Source: Laetmonice hystrix
Lineage: Eukaryota
Length of the DNA: 64,000 bases
Direction: 5' to 3'
Assembly (NCBI GenBank): GCA_965235115.1
Contig: OZ249439.1
Coordinates: forward strand, 12,276,001-12,340,000
The notes beneath the pieces are model-generated. The model did not search any database and was not told the DNA's origin. It saw nothing but the letters and a program-made list of their open reading frames with translations. Both the position numbers and the translations under genes were made by a program. Each line of letters starts with the position of its first letter. Position 1 is the first letter of the stretch. Of the stretch, positions 52,356 through 64,000 are shown one piece after another.

Positions 52356-53200
52356 CCCGAACATCTACTGTTTGGTGTACTCTTTCTGTCACCCACAGTC
52401 CCGTACATCTACTGTTTGGTGTACTCTTTCTGTCACCCACAGTCCCGAACATCTACTGTTTGGTGTACTCTTTCTGTCACCCACAGTCCGTCCCGAACAT
52501 CTACTGTTTGGTGTACTCTTTCTGTCACCCACAGTCCCGAACATCTACTGTTTGGTGTACTCTTTCTGTCACCCACAGTCCCGAACATCTACTGTTTGGT
52601 GTACTCTTTCTGTCACCCACAGTCCCGAACATCTACTGTTTGGTGTACTCTTTCTGTCACCCACAGTCCCGTACATCTACTGTTTGGTGTACTCTTTCTG
52701 TCACCCACAGTCCCGAACATCTACTGTTTGGTGTACTCTTTCTGTCACCCACAGTCCCGAACATCTACTGTTTGGTGTACTCTTTCTGTCACCCACAGTC
52801 CCGAACATCTACTGTTTGGTGTACTCTTTCTGTCACCCACAGTCCCGAACATCTACTGTTTGGTGTACTCTTTCTGTCACCCACAGTCCCGAACATCTAC
52901 TGTTTGGTGTACTCTTTCTGTCACCCACAGTCCGTCCCGAACATCTACTGTTTGGTGTACTCTTTCTGTCACCCACAGTCCCGAACATCTACTGTTTGGT
53001 GTACTCTTTCTGTCACCCACAGTCCCGAACATCTACTGTTTGGTGTACTCTTTCTGTCACCCACAGTCCCGAACATCTACTGTTTGGTGTACTCTTTCTG
53101 TCACCCACAGTCCCGAACATCTACTGTTTGGTGTACACTTTCTGTCACCCACAGTCCCGAACATCTACTGTTTGGGGTACTCTATCTGTCACCCACACAG
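52356..53200. repeat. Minisatellite, 44 bp x about 19, in the gene B intron
   Basis: CCCGAACATCTACTGTTTGGTGTACTCTTTCTGTCACCCACAGT. Two units carry a +4 CCGT insertion; the last units are degenerate. Confidence 0.97.
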
Positions 53201-55297
53201 TCCCCCTCTTGAATCCCTGTCAGCGTCGTCGTCGTCGTCAAAGGTGACACGTACCCTCTGACAACGGCCCCTGCCTGTGGTTGTGGTCCCAACATCGCGT
53301 CCAATGTAGTTCATTCACTCAGTATACACCCATACAAACTCTGTCAAGGCCAAATCATCATTAACAATGGCTATACAAACCGATCCAAAACTCATGATTC
53401 AATAAAACCATCGCTCCAAATCCGTGTCATACAATCATGTGAATGAGGTCGGAATTTCTTACCCAGCTCAGCCCCCTGTGCACTCAAAGAAACTGACTGT
53501 GACCTTTGCTTCTAGCACTTCTGGGTGCATTATAAAGGGATAATATGACGTATAATTGATCTCTTCAAGCTGAATTGTTATCACAATGCTTGCCACTTTG
53601 GCAGACACTAAATGACCTCGCAAAGGTACATCTCTCCATGACATAAAAGCTCCTTCTGCCGCCTTTAGGCAAAGCTTTCTTTGCTGGGATCATATATACG
53701 CAACACCCTTGGCAAGGATATCTGAATCGTTTTTGTGTCTCATAACTTAAAGGTAATGCACACAGAGACAATCTGCAGAGATACACACAGCTGCCAGCCC
53801 CTCACAGTGATCAATGGGCGAGTCGTAAGGCGTACCGCGCGGGTTGATGCTGTTATGATCATACAGTCATGGATCAAAAAATTATAAAACTGAGCCTTCC
53901 TGGGTTCACCAGGGACAATGCCAGTGCTCATACAATATTACACAAGGCAAAGGGATCCTTTCTCTCTCCAAAGTTCTCTCTATATACCATGCTTTTGTTT
54001 TTATTTTAACCTCATTGGGTACAACCGCTATTGTTCTCCTCAACAAGGGTCTTTCAATATTATTAGGGTGTATTTTAATACCGACTTAGGTCACAGTTCC
54101 ACCATTCGCTGGAGCTCTGAGTCGAGCCCGATCTATGCCCACCCTCCAAACCCACAACCCGAGAGGTGGTTTTTACCAGGCCAGGACCCCCCTCCACCTG
54201 CGTACCCACATCTCGGACATATGGACCCCACATAATGGCTGCTTACATTTTCCGAAGAGTTCGCAGAAAGCACGGTTAGACAGAATGCCTCCGATTCTGG
54301 TAACATTGCTCAAGAGGAAGGACTCGGGCAGAGTAATAAATCCAGCTGCCAGGTTCGGCCCCGTATTGATACCTCCTGTCGACCCAAACTGTCGGGCTCG
54401 TCCCCCTAAAACAGGCAAACATGGCTGAGCGCGCCGTCGGAGGCCGACACTTGTGGCCAGCCCACCAGACAGCGGGACTCTAATTCCGACGGCATTAAAT
54501 AAACCAAACAAACACAAGAACTCTACAGGGAAATGTCGCCCTGGTCCAGTCCACTCTGCCTACCAGCGGAACCGCCAGCTGCTTTGAGCCATGGCCAGCC
54601 ACGAATCCCGCGTGGAAACTGACCCATTGGGGAACAATTGGAACCACCGTTTGGCGTCTCGGAGGGCTCATCAGCCACTGAGGACCAGTAGAGTACTGGT
54701 TCTCCACCACCGGGTCCCGCAGAGTGGGAAATTGGTCGCAAATAGACGGCTGCAATGGATACATTCCGTGTGAATCTTTGGGGATAATTGTATGAGATGG
54801 CGGAGAGTTGTGCAGATGAAACAGGAAATTAATTTTTACATGAAGCTGGAGATCCGAGTCTCGTCATCTACATCAGAGGAGTCAGGTTTCGTCTGAACCC
54901 CAAATAACAGTTCATTCTATTTCAGCATGTTTAATTAGAAGATGTTCGTTACTATTGTAAGCCCGTTTATGCTTACACTGATAGGAACACGGCTACACCA
55001 GTCTCACCAAGAACTACTCCCACTGCTCTGCTATGTAGCTACTCCCATTGCTCTGCTATGTAGATCTTTTATATGGAGGTGAAAGGGCCCCAGGGCCCGT
55101 CAACAAAACACAGGGCCATGGAATCCCCACAATGCCCGATCACTTTTATTGGTATGCCAAACGCTATTTGAATGTTAAGAGTGTCTGGGGTATGGCTGCA
55201 CGCGGTTCGCGGGGAGGCCGGGGAGGACAAAGGATAGCGGCTGTCTGCGGCAGTGATGAAGAACAGCACTTCGTTACCACGGCTTCACCATTACGTC

Positions 55298-55708
55298 TCT
55301 AACTGGTTCACAGACAACCATTCCTAATGTCGTGGTTCACAGGAAACCATTCCTAATGTCGTGGTTCACAGGCAACCGTTCCTACTGTCGTGGTTCACAG
55401 GCAACCAGTCCTAATGTCGTGGTTCACAGCCAACCATTCCTAATGTCGTGGTTCACAGGCAACCATTCCTAATGTCGTGGTTCACAGGCAACCATTCCTA
55501 ATGTCGTGGTTCACAGGCAACCATCTCTAATGTCGTGGTTCACAGGCAACCATCTCTAATGTCGTGGTTCACAGGCAACCAGTCCTAATGTCGTGGTTCA
55601 CAGGCAACCAGTCCTAATGTCGTGGTTCACAGGCAACCAGTCCTAATGTCGTGGTTCACAGGCAACCAGTCCTAATGTCGTGGTTCACAGGCAACCAGTC
55701 CTAATGTC
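55298..55708. repeat. Minisatellite, 29 bp x about 14
   Basis: CTAATGTCGTGGTTCACAGGCAACCA(T/G)TC. Variants are clustered along the array. Confidence 0.96.
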
Positions 55709-55743
55709 CCCGCTGGCTATGCTGGCCGTGTTGTCGCGCTGTC

Positions 55744-55762
55744 CGCCGCCAGGGGGCCGACA
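55744..55762 (+). promoter_or_regulatory. CTCF-like binding motif
   Basis: CCGCCAGGGGGCCG, 1 mismatch to the core. Lies in the last intron of gene B. Confidence 0.38.
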
Positions 55763-58314
55763 GAGACATCGCTGGAGTTTGGCAGCAGACTGGCCGGGGT
55801 CACGAGGAATGGGAATGCACGTCAGGTATTGGACCAAGAGTTAGCTGAACGTTGCTGATGTCTTTACCCGGTGAGGTTTTACGTAGGTCAAGTCAGCCTC
55901 TAGACATGGGCCTCGAGATTGTCGGCTTCAATATCCGCCAACGTGGCGGGCCTTTTATAGAGATATCCGGCTCTCATTGAACCAACCGACATCTCCATTT
56001 CAATCACACCAACATCTCAACACTGCATCTGGATTCACCTTCCCCAACTCTAAAAAATCTAAATTAAGGCAAGCTTTTAAAATTAAAATATTCCCTCTCA
56101 TGGGTGTAGCAGAACCTTCGCCCCTCCAAATGTGCACGACTGGAATGTTAAAGTAAGGGCTGGTTTCACACTGGAGGACAAGCTAGCAATCACAGTACAA
56201 TGGTCACAGTACAGGCGCAAAGCCAACCTTATTAAATTATCCCACCAATCCCTGGGCCGTCCTCCGACCTGTAGGCACGGTCCCATCCACCTAATACACC
56301 ATAAAGTATCTCTGGTCAAGTCATACCAACTTAGTGGCCCGCACCTAAAGCATTGCTAAGGCCGGCGTTATCCAATTAAAAGGGCCCGCCTTATTCCACT
56401 TAGTCTCGGGCCCAGGCCGGAGCGCCCTATCCGGGATTACCGGCCGCGCTGCGCGATCTGATTTGTCCGGTCAGATTTACTTAGTCAATTCCTTGCTACA
56501 GCTGCCTCTGACACGGCCATTATGAGAGCAGAATGGCAATTTAAGGAGAGAGCAGGGCTTGCCCTTTACACTGCACGGGTCACATGGGGTGTACCCTTCT
56601 CATCTTAAGGAACAGAAGAGGTTAAGATTTCCCAATATCTGCAGTAGACGTATGCATTGCCTGTTGCTGTGGCAACCTCATATACCATGCTTTCTGATCG
56701 TTGGTACCAACCTCTCAGACTCCACACCATTCCGGCACCAACCTCAATGTCAGCCTGTCAGCCCCTTTCAGGAAACAAAACACTGCCAAGACTAATGCAA
56801 TATGGCGAAACTGCCCACTGAACACCTTGTATGTCACCCTGGAAGCCGGCACGTTGCTTAGACTGACTCACTGAATATACTGCCTCGTGTCACCCGACCG
56901 ACAGCTAACTCCCCTGACTCCTCCCACCACACTCGTCCATGTTTCTTGTAAGCCAATCATTTTATCTCAATATGGCTTCTCCAGGTCAAAGGTCATTAGG
57001 CAGATGAACAATTCGGTAAGATCAGAGTGAACCATAGATGCCATTATCTCAACAGGCGTCATTCATCACCTTGATCCAATCCACTCGGTGCCACGGGCCC
57101 AGTTTGGCCCCAGAGAGCCGCTAATCCCGTAATTCATTAGCTTGATGGTGCTCAGATTGACATTTTATTGGCCTAGGTTCTATTTCACTCCCGACCTTTA
57201 TAGGCTATTTCTGACCCGAGATCCTAACACGTATGACGATGTGGCAACTCTAACGATCAAACACCTGCCATGTCTATCAGAGGACCCCTAATTAATCTCA
57301 CTCTACCTTCTCGGATTATTTCTGGGCCTCGTGTGAAGGGTACAGTGATCGTGTACCCAAGTGGAGGCATAGTGAACGGACTGCCGGAAGGACCGGCATG
57401 CTGTTCGCGACGTTCCGGCCAATGTTTCTCACTCTGTTATCAGCGTCCTCTTCCAAACGACACTACCAGGCAAGTATTGTCGTTGATAAAACCAGCCGCT
57501 CCTCATGTGCTGGCATTGATTGCCTTGTGTCATTACGTGCGGCAATAACAAGTGATAGTTCTTATAATTGCTGGTCATAAATGATGACAAGACAGTGTTA
57601 TGCTTTGAAAACCATTCATAATGAATAAGCTTTCCTGGCTCAACATTTCTGCCTACTCAACAGGCTTTCATTCCCAAATCATGGAGCTAGGCACAGAAAA
57701 GGGATTTTGACATTTTTAGATTCGATTCCAATTATACTGGCATTTTTTGAAATGTTGATATCTCAAGGGGCTGTGTTTATTAGCGATACCTTTATAAAGA
57801 CGCCGACTTGACGATAGTTCACTCGCAGATCTAGTTACGATAGGGAAGTAGGCAGGCGTTCCCACGCTTTGGAGAAACACTTCAACGATATTTCTAGGAC
57901 AAAAAGTGAAAATTCTCTGGAAATATTTCACAAGCATATAGATGTGAAGAGTCTCGACTAATGACCTGATATCAAAGGTAACAGCTTACACATCTATACG
58001 TTTACATCTAACACTGCATGCAACCACCAAACGAGATTCACTCCTTAATTAAGGCTGGCCAAATTAAAAATGTCGAAATGTCAAATATGGAACTAAGCCC
58101 TCGCCCGGATGAAACATTGCTAGCCCAGAGTCTAAACATTCAGATTCTGTAGATTAGCCATTCTCTCCCTTTCTGCCACCCTGCAAAGAATGATCTGCAT
58201 CTCAACTTTTCATACTCTCTGTCATGCTCCTTCCGCTGTTCGTCACCTAATTTGACTTTTTTGGGAGGTGGGGGGGCTACTCCTTGTAGATATCTCCACA
58301 TGTTGTTAGATAAT

Positions 58315-58471
58315 CAGGGTTGTCGTCTGCAAGTTTACTGATATCATGGTCTAGATCTATGTCCCCAGAATTTGCTAGTCGCCAACTGGGCGTGTGTTCT
58401 GTAAATGCCTAGTCGCCCGGGCTCATTTTTAGTCGCCTCGGTCGACCGGTCGAGTCCAAACGCCACCCCTG
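58315..58471. mobile_element. hAT-like MITE relic
   Basis: CAGGGTTGTCGT / ACGCCACCCCTG ends (10/12 match) and three internal TAGTCGCC motifs. No TSD. Confidence 0.4.
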
Positions 58472-61363
58472 CACAAGTTTTCCGAATTTTTCAATGTCAA
58501 CAGGATTTCCAAAGTCAATGTCAGTTTAGGTTTTCTTTAAGACGTAGCAGCCCATGAAAATGTCATTGTCCCTGTTTTCTGTCTTTATTCGCGGAACCCT
58601 CTGGCCTAATTAAGTCATTGATTGCATGCAATGAAGCCACTTATAATAGCCTTTGTCTAAGTAATCGTTAGCCAGCCGTAATAAAGGTGTTCTCGGACAT
58701 GAGCCGGAATCAGTGGAGACGAACTAATGTCACCGAGACCGGCTAGGGTCACTTTACGTATGTATACACAGTAACACCATGGGAGCACACCCTACTGCTG
58801 TAAATGGTCTTCACACACTCCCCGGCTGACGAGCTCTTCATTATGGAAAATGTAGCCCTCAGCCGGCTCCCAGCTCCCCGGCCAAATATGTTCAGCTTCC
58901 TTAACGAGTGAAATATTCATGCAGAATTCGGTGCCTCGCCACCATTCCAGTCAGCCTTGTAAGACATCCAACTTGTGGATTATTGAGAATCATAAATATT
59001 ATCTCGGCTTATTATGTGAAGACTGATAACCCGGGAGACGCTATCGTAATGATTGACAGATCCTTGTGTCGTGAGAAGGGAGCCCAAGGACTCCCCTCCA
59101 TTTCCCTTGAAGAAGTGTTTGTGGGAGAGTAATTGTGCCTGGCTTGCTCCATGCAGCTGCATGCCAACTATTTGCATGCACGTGACCCCAAACAGAACAT
59201 CCCCGGCGGACTCCCAGCCCCGGCGTGGGGGCGCGAGTCGGACAGCTGATTGGCTATTCACCCTCAGGCCTGCCACGCCTATGTTGACCTCCTCTCCCTC
59301 ATCAAAGTCTTCCATTCATAATCCAACCTCTGTAGCCTAACTTTGTGCAAGGGTTCAAAAGCTACGTTGTCTGTTCTCACTTCCTTCCAGACATCAGTGC
59401 CAACAGTAATCATACAAATTCAGTGTGGGCAAAAGTAAGTGTCTGGTGTGACCACAATGTCAATATCTGAGCAAAGAACAACTTCAGCCGTGACAAGAAG
59501 TCGTAAGAAGTCAAGAAGGCCCCCAACAAGTCACCACTGGAACTTTTTTCTTCACAATAAGTGAAAGGCTTTCCATAAAGATGGAATAGATTAAAGAAAA
59601 TCTGTTCCTTATACAAATACTGTGCCGCAAACTTTCACGGGATCTTACTATAACATGTCCTGGCCGACCGTAAATAGTGCCCAGACAACTTGAAGGTGTT
59701 CTGAAGGTCACAAGGCAGACTTTGGGTCGGCGACAGTGCTGAGTTTGAAACAGAGCAAGTTACGGACTGAGTGAAAAGTGTCCATGAGAACACATCTACA
59801 TTGTATATGGATCATCATGTATGGATTCACCGACGGCCGTAACATCTAGTAAAGAATGGTAGTAAAATACCCGAGCCATTATACATGTCGGAGATTCCTA
59901 CGTATCACTATCACAGCCGTTAGGCCAGGCATTGAAGATCCATGTTACACGATATGCACAGATCTAGGATAATAGAGTGTGTGATGCAGATGTTATATGG
60001 TGTGTCGGCCTAACGGATTTCGCTAAGATTCATTTTCACAAAATACAAGGAAGACTTCAAATTGAGAGATTGTGATGAAAAACAAAGCACATCGTACTCG
60101 TTCTTTGAAGTTTTCCACGCTTTTATCGTAGCGTATGTTCACACTATCCGAAATATAATGGGGGTCACCTTGGTATTAACGTTCTATAAACTCATGAGAA
60201 TGAAAGTGTAATATGTTCAATAAAACGTGAGGAAAGTAGATAATATCCTTATCTTGATGAATGATGTTCATATTTACAGCCCTCCGCTTATCCCATACCA
60301 ACTCAAAATAAACACTAGTGGCATCTTATAAACTGCTGCCGTGCGAGCCACAATGCAAATTATTTGCGTTTCATACTCATTAATTGAGGGCTTAGCTGGC
60401 TGGCGGTGGAAAAGCAGCATTATTAATATTTCCTTAGTCGACTGAATCCAATAATCCTTGTATGTACATAGAGAAGGCGATTTCCAATTTGTCACTGTTT
60501 ATGAGAGGAACTGTTCCTAATGTGGTGGCGTGGTCCGCGTGGTGGAGCCACCACTGCGGCTGGCCCCCAGGTCAATATCCCCACCCGTCACCTCACCCCT
60601 TGTCCGTGTCACCGGTGAATCCCCAGCCCCGATTCCACTTTTTTCCAAGGAGAGTAGGCCCCTAATCTGGCCATCCATCACCGCCTGGCATTAACTGACA
60701 AAGGTGCGTGGTGGCCATTGTGGCCAGGCCACCGTGGCCACAATCACAATCTCATCCCAGACTCTATGCCCCCCTCCTTGCCACGAGCCATTCACCCAAG
60801 TGCCAAGTGAAAACACCCCTACGAAAACACCCCCACACCCCCACCTACCACTCGCTAAAGGAGCGGCACCTCGAGTGGCGCTGGGTGGCGTATGTAAGAG
60901 ATACGGCACAATTTATTCCCAATCTCAGGCCCAGTCTGAAAGGCAGCTCGGGGACCCCGGCTCATTGCCATAATGCACCCGTGTATTGTCCCTTCCCCAA
61001 GCTGTCAATCACGACGGCGCCCCTTCCGATGGCGGCTGGAGGGCGCCCACCGCTGGTCTTTGAGTAGAAACCTCTTCCTGGTCTGCACAATACGCACGAG
61101 AAGTGCTGATGATCTGTCCATCTGAGGGGGCTCTCAACTAATTCTAATAACAAAAACACTGGATCTATTTCTCAGAGCCTTAGGCGAATAGAATTGGGGA
61201 CGAATAGCCTACATTCTTTTTATCAGTGGAATTGCCATGCCCTCCATCGAAAGGAAGGCATTTGTGATGGAACGAGCATTGTCGATGGTGTATACATACC
61301 TCAGAGAGAACAGGGCAAAATATGTATGATAACACGGAAACATTTCATATTGCCAGCACTTAT

Positions 61364-61530
61364 TGTCAATATGGGCGCTACAGCAAGCTTAGCTGTTAGA
61401 GATAGCCAGGTTAGTAGTATACACAAAGTGAATTCTGAATCACTAACAGTGTGTCAATATGGGCGCTACAGCAAGCTTAGCTGTTAGAGATAGCCAGGTT
61501 AGTAGTATACACAAAGTGAATTCTGAATCA
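61364..61530. repeat. Perfect 79-bp direct duplication (period 88)
   Basis: TGTCAATATGGGCGCTACAGCAAG...GTGAATTCTGAATCA at 61364 and 61452. Confidence 0.95.
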
Positions 61531-61959
61531 GGCTGCTCAGACTTGACGGGACGTTTTATATAAGCGATAAATAGATGTTGCATTATCTAAACGTTTCTCC
61601 TTTCGTCCAAACACTGAATCATTTAAAAGATAAAAAGTAGTAGCTTATCTTTAAGCTCTCTGATATAATCCATACAAGGGAGAATGCCACGACTGAATGC
61701 TTAAGTAATAAAACTCTTCTCGCTTACAAAAGAAACCTATTATTCGATGAGAACAATAGTGGGCGAATACACTCGTGAATCTTTCTGTATGTGATAACCA
61801 GCTTCCAATGACGGGACAAGATTCCAACAGTATTATACGGTTTTCTTACCATTCACTGACACTGAATGTGCCCACAAAGGACCCCCCTTTGATTAAGTTA
61901 AGGCTGTTCATCATACATATAAAGTAAGTCCCTGAGGAGGGCTGTAGAATGGCACCGAC

Positions 61960-62101
61960 CTGTATGGTGGGAATCGTTGTGGCTCCTTGGGCCCTCCCCC
62001 TCCTCGCTGGGGCCACGCCCACTGTCCGTGTTCGAGCCATCACCGGAGTAAGCACTATCGGCATCAGGATCCTGTTTCAACATCTGCAGTAACTGGTGAA
62101 C
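61960..62101 (-). CDS. Pcdh: Protocadherin-like gene B, conserved cytoplasmic (penultimate) exon
   Basis: Minus-strand acceptor ttgattgtattgtacttgcAG|GTT and donor CAG|gtcggt. 142 nt, phase 0 to 1, the same phases as the gene A exon. Encodes VHQLLQMLKQDPDADSAYSGDGSNTDSGRGPSEEGEGPRSHNDSHHT. Confidence 0.9.
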
Positions 62102-62408
62102 CTGCAAGTACAATACAATCAAAGTCAAATTATGATAGAAATGATATCCACAGGTTCATCAGTGGTAGGAGTAAACAGAATATCCAGGGGCCAGTGTTCA
62201 GTCAACAGCCGCTCTATATAAACAGCGGCGATAATCACCAAGTAAGTTTTTTAGGAAGACATTATTTTATCGTATGTCAACAGTTTCTCATTGCTGTAAA
62301 ACATACTAATCGTTTAATTCGGGTGTGACTATCTCGTTATATCTAAGCCGGCTTTCTATCCTACTACTCGTCATATAAATGGATGAACATTATCCTTGTA
62401 TTTAGGTT

Positions 62409-62518
62409 TTCTCTACATACAGAATACATCTACTGTCCACACTTCTGTCATATGACAATACACTTCTCTACATACAGAATACATCTACTGTCCACACTTC
62501 TGTCATATGACAATACAC
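62409..62518. repeat. 55 bp x 2 tandem duplication
   Basis: TTCTCTACATACAGAATACATCTACTGTCCACACTTCTGTCATATGACAATACAC x2. Confidence 0.95.
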
Positions 62519-62940
62519 GTTAATACATACAGTTGTCTTTTTATCTTGCATAATTCAGACATTAAGACTGGCCTAATATTCTTTGCCTAAATCTTGCCGA
62601 GTAATGTGAACTGAAAGATAAGCTCTCGGTTTCTGTTTATTGACACGTTATTCATTAAGGATTTCTTACCGACTGTCTCAGACCCTAATGTATAATTCTG
62701 AGCGTGCTCAAACCAATGGAATAGTTATCTCTTTGCAAGTATGATTTCCTATCCGCATTAGACTAATGAATTCGAGTGAAGTTTCTCTCTGCACCGATAT
62801 CTCTTGTGAATATAGTTTTTCCCCTTCAAAAATTGGTTATTCCAGATGGGTTATTTTTTATTCTTCGGTTGATGTTCCATACATGAGACTTATATGGTCC
62901 ACACAAATGAACCATATACATGGAGCTGTGAAATAAACCA

Positions 62941-62959
62941 TTCGCCAGGGGGCGCTGCC
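62941..62959 (+). promoter_or_regulatory. CTCF-like binding motif
   Basis: TCGCCAGGGGGCGCTG, 1 mismatch to the core CCRSYAGRKGGCRS. Sequence match only. Confidence 0.5.
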
Positions 62960-64000
62960 CGCCATCAATTAACATAATAACCTAACAATTCAATAACACG
63001 TCACAATCGGCTGCGCCCTGAGCGCCATAAACTAGCTGGGTATCCTTTGTGTCACATGTCCTCGGCGTTTCATTTGGCCAGCATTTACACAAAATCCCCA
63101 GCAGCATAATGTCACGTGAAGCAATTTACATGAGAGGTTTTCACATGGAGAAATCGCACACCGATTGAGGCCGACTCCACCCGACCCACTCTCCGACAGA
63201 CGACTTGTTTATCATTGGTCACCGACTGGCTGGTGGCATATGGTAAACCAGGAGAGATGGCCCGGGCGTGGGACAGACACCCTGCCCACCCAGACCGACA
63301 GGTGGCCCAGCCTTACCCCACACACCCCCACACCCGGTGTGGCCAGGCCCCCAGAGACTGCTACAACCGATCCAACCACACACAGTTTACACGTGTCACG
63401 CTGTCGACACAATTAAAACCACCAGACGAGCTTTAATCCCATATTGTTCCCCCGCTGAATTAGCCAGCCTGATTAAACATTAAAGCACGAGTTCCCAGAC
63501 CCCCCTACCTCCAGTCCCTACCCCAACATATCCCACAATGGATCTCTTTCAAACACCTCAATGTGCCCAGTCCACCGCATATTGCTACATTGAAAACCGC
63601 ACCTTATTTCATTAAATCAGAAAATTAATTAACAGATCTCCACTTGAATCAATTTGTTTGCAATTGCCCGATCCGTACGCGATTGGAGAAGACAACGCGG
63701 GCGAAAGTCTTTGTTTGTTGGGCCTTTTGATATGCCATCATTGAGAGCTGATGCAATTTTATCAGTCATTAAGCCATATTATATGTCATTACCTTAATTT
63801 GTAGGACAAGGGCTGGCTTAACAAGGCTACAATATGATTATGGGAATCATTCAGACTTTGTCGGAGTGCTCTTGATCCAATTTAAGCAACGTTTTCACAC
63901 AGGCCTTTGCTAAATCAAGTGTCTCTAATCATTTTAAACGAATGGAGTTCAGTGAGAAAAAAGATTTAAATTCTTGATGACTTCAGATAGTTACCAGAGG

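Noticed and set aside
52303-53261. Three overlapping long ORFs (250-314 aa)
   Set aside because: They are translations of the 44-bp tandem repeat, which happens to lack stops on the + strand; the peptides are periodic and antisense to gene B.
61911-61917. Alternative donor TAT|GTATGA for the gene B constant exon
   Set aside because: It gives phase 2, incompatible with the terminal exon and with the paralog; CAG|gtcggt at 61960 fits both.

Overview
Eukaryotic (animal, probably spiralian/lophotrochozoan) genomic DNA, about 97% non-coding, with two assembly gaps (19304-19896 and 38174-38606). The window holds the 3' ends of two paralogous protocadherin-like genes arranged tail-to-tail. Gene A (+) has a conserved cytoplasmic exon at 2938-3115 (VHQFLQLMK..DADS..SNTDSGRGPSEEG) and a terminal exon at 10176-10876 ending KDVVV*. 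Gene B (-) has the paralogous exon at 62101-61960 (VHQLLQMLK..DADS..SNTDSGRGPSEEG) and a terminal exon at 44364-43745 ending STTTSGSYVVDPNDLCEEIDELFFRDLVV*. Both pairs splice in frame through phase-1 GT-AG introns. No cadherin-repeat or transmembrane exons lie in the window, so the family call rests on cytoplasmic motifs recalled from known protocadherins, not on a database search. The rest is intronic or intergenic: near-perfect minisatellites, GA microsatellites and several MITE-like relics. The main leads are (1) candidate phase-1 cassette, micro- and alternative terminal exons that could diversify the cytoplasmic tails, and (2) CTCF-like motifs that point toward each gene's 5' end in mirror symmetry, recalling the vertebrate clustered-Pcdh regulatory layout. 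All alternative exons and CTCF sites were found by eye and need RNA-seq or ChIP confirmation. Most other ORFs in the supplied track are spurious.
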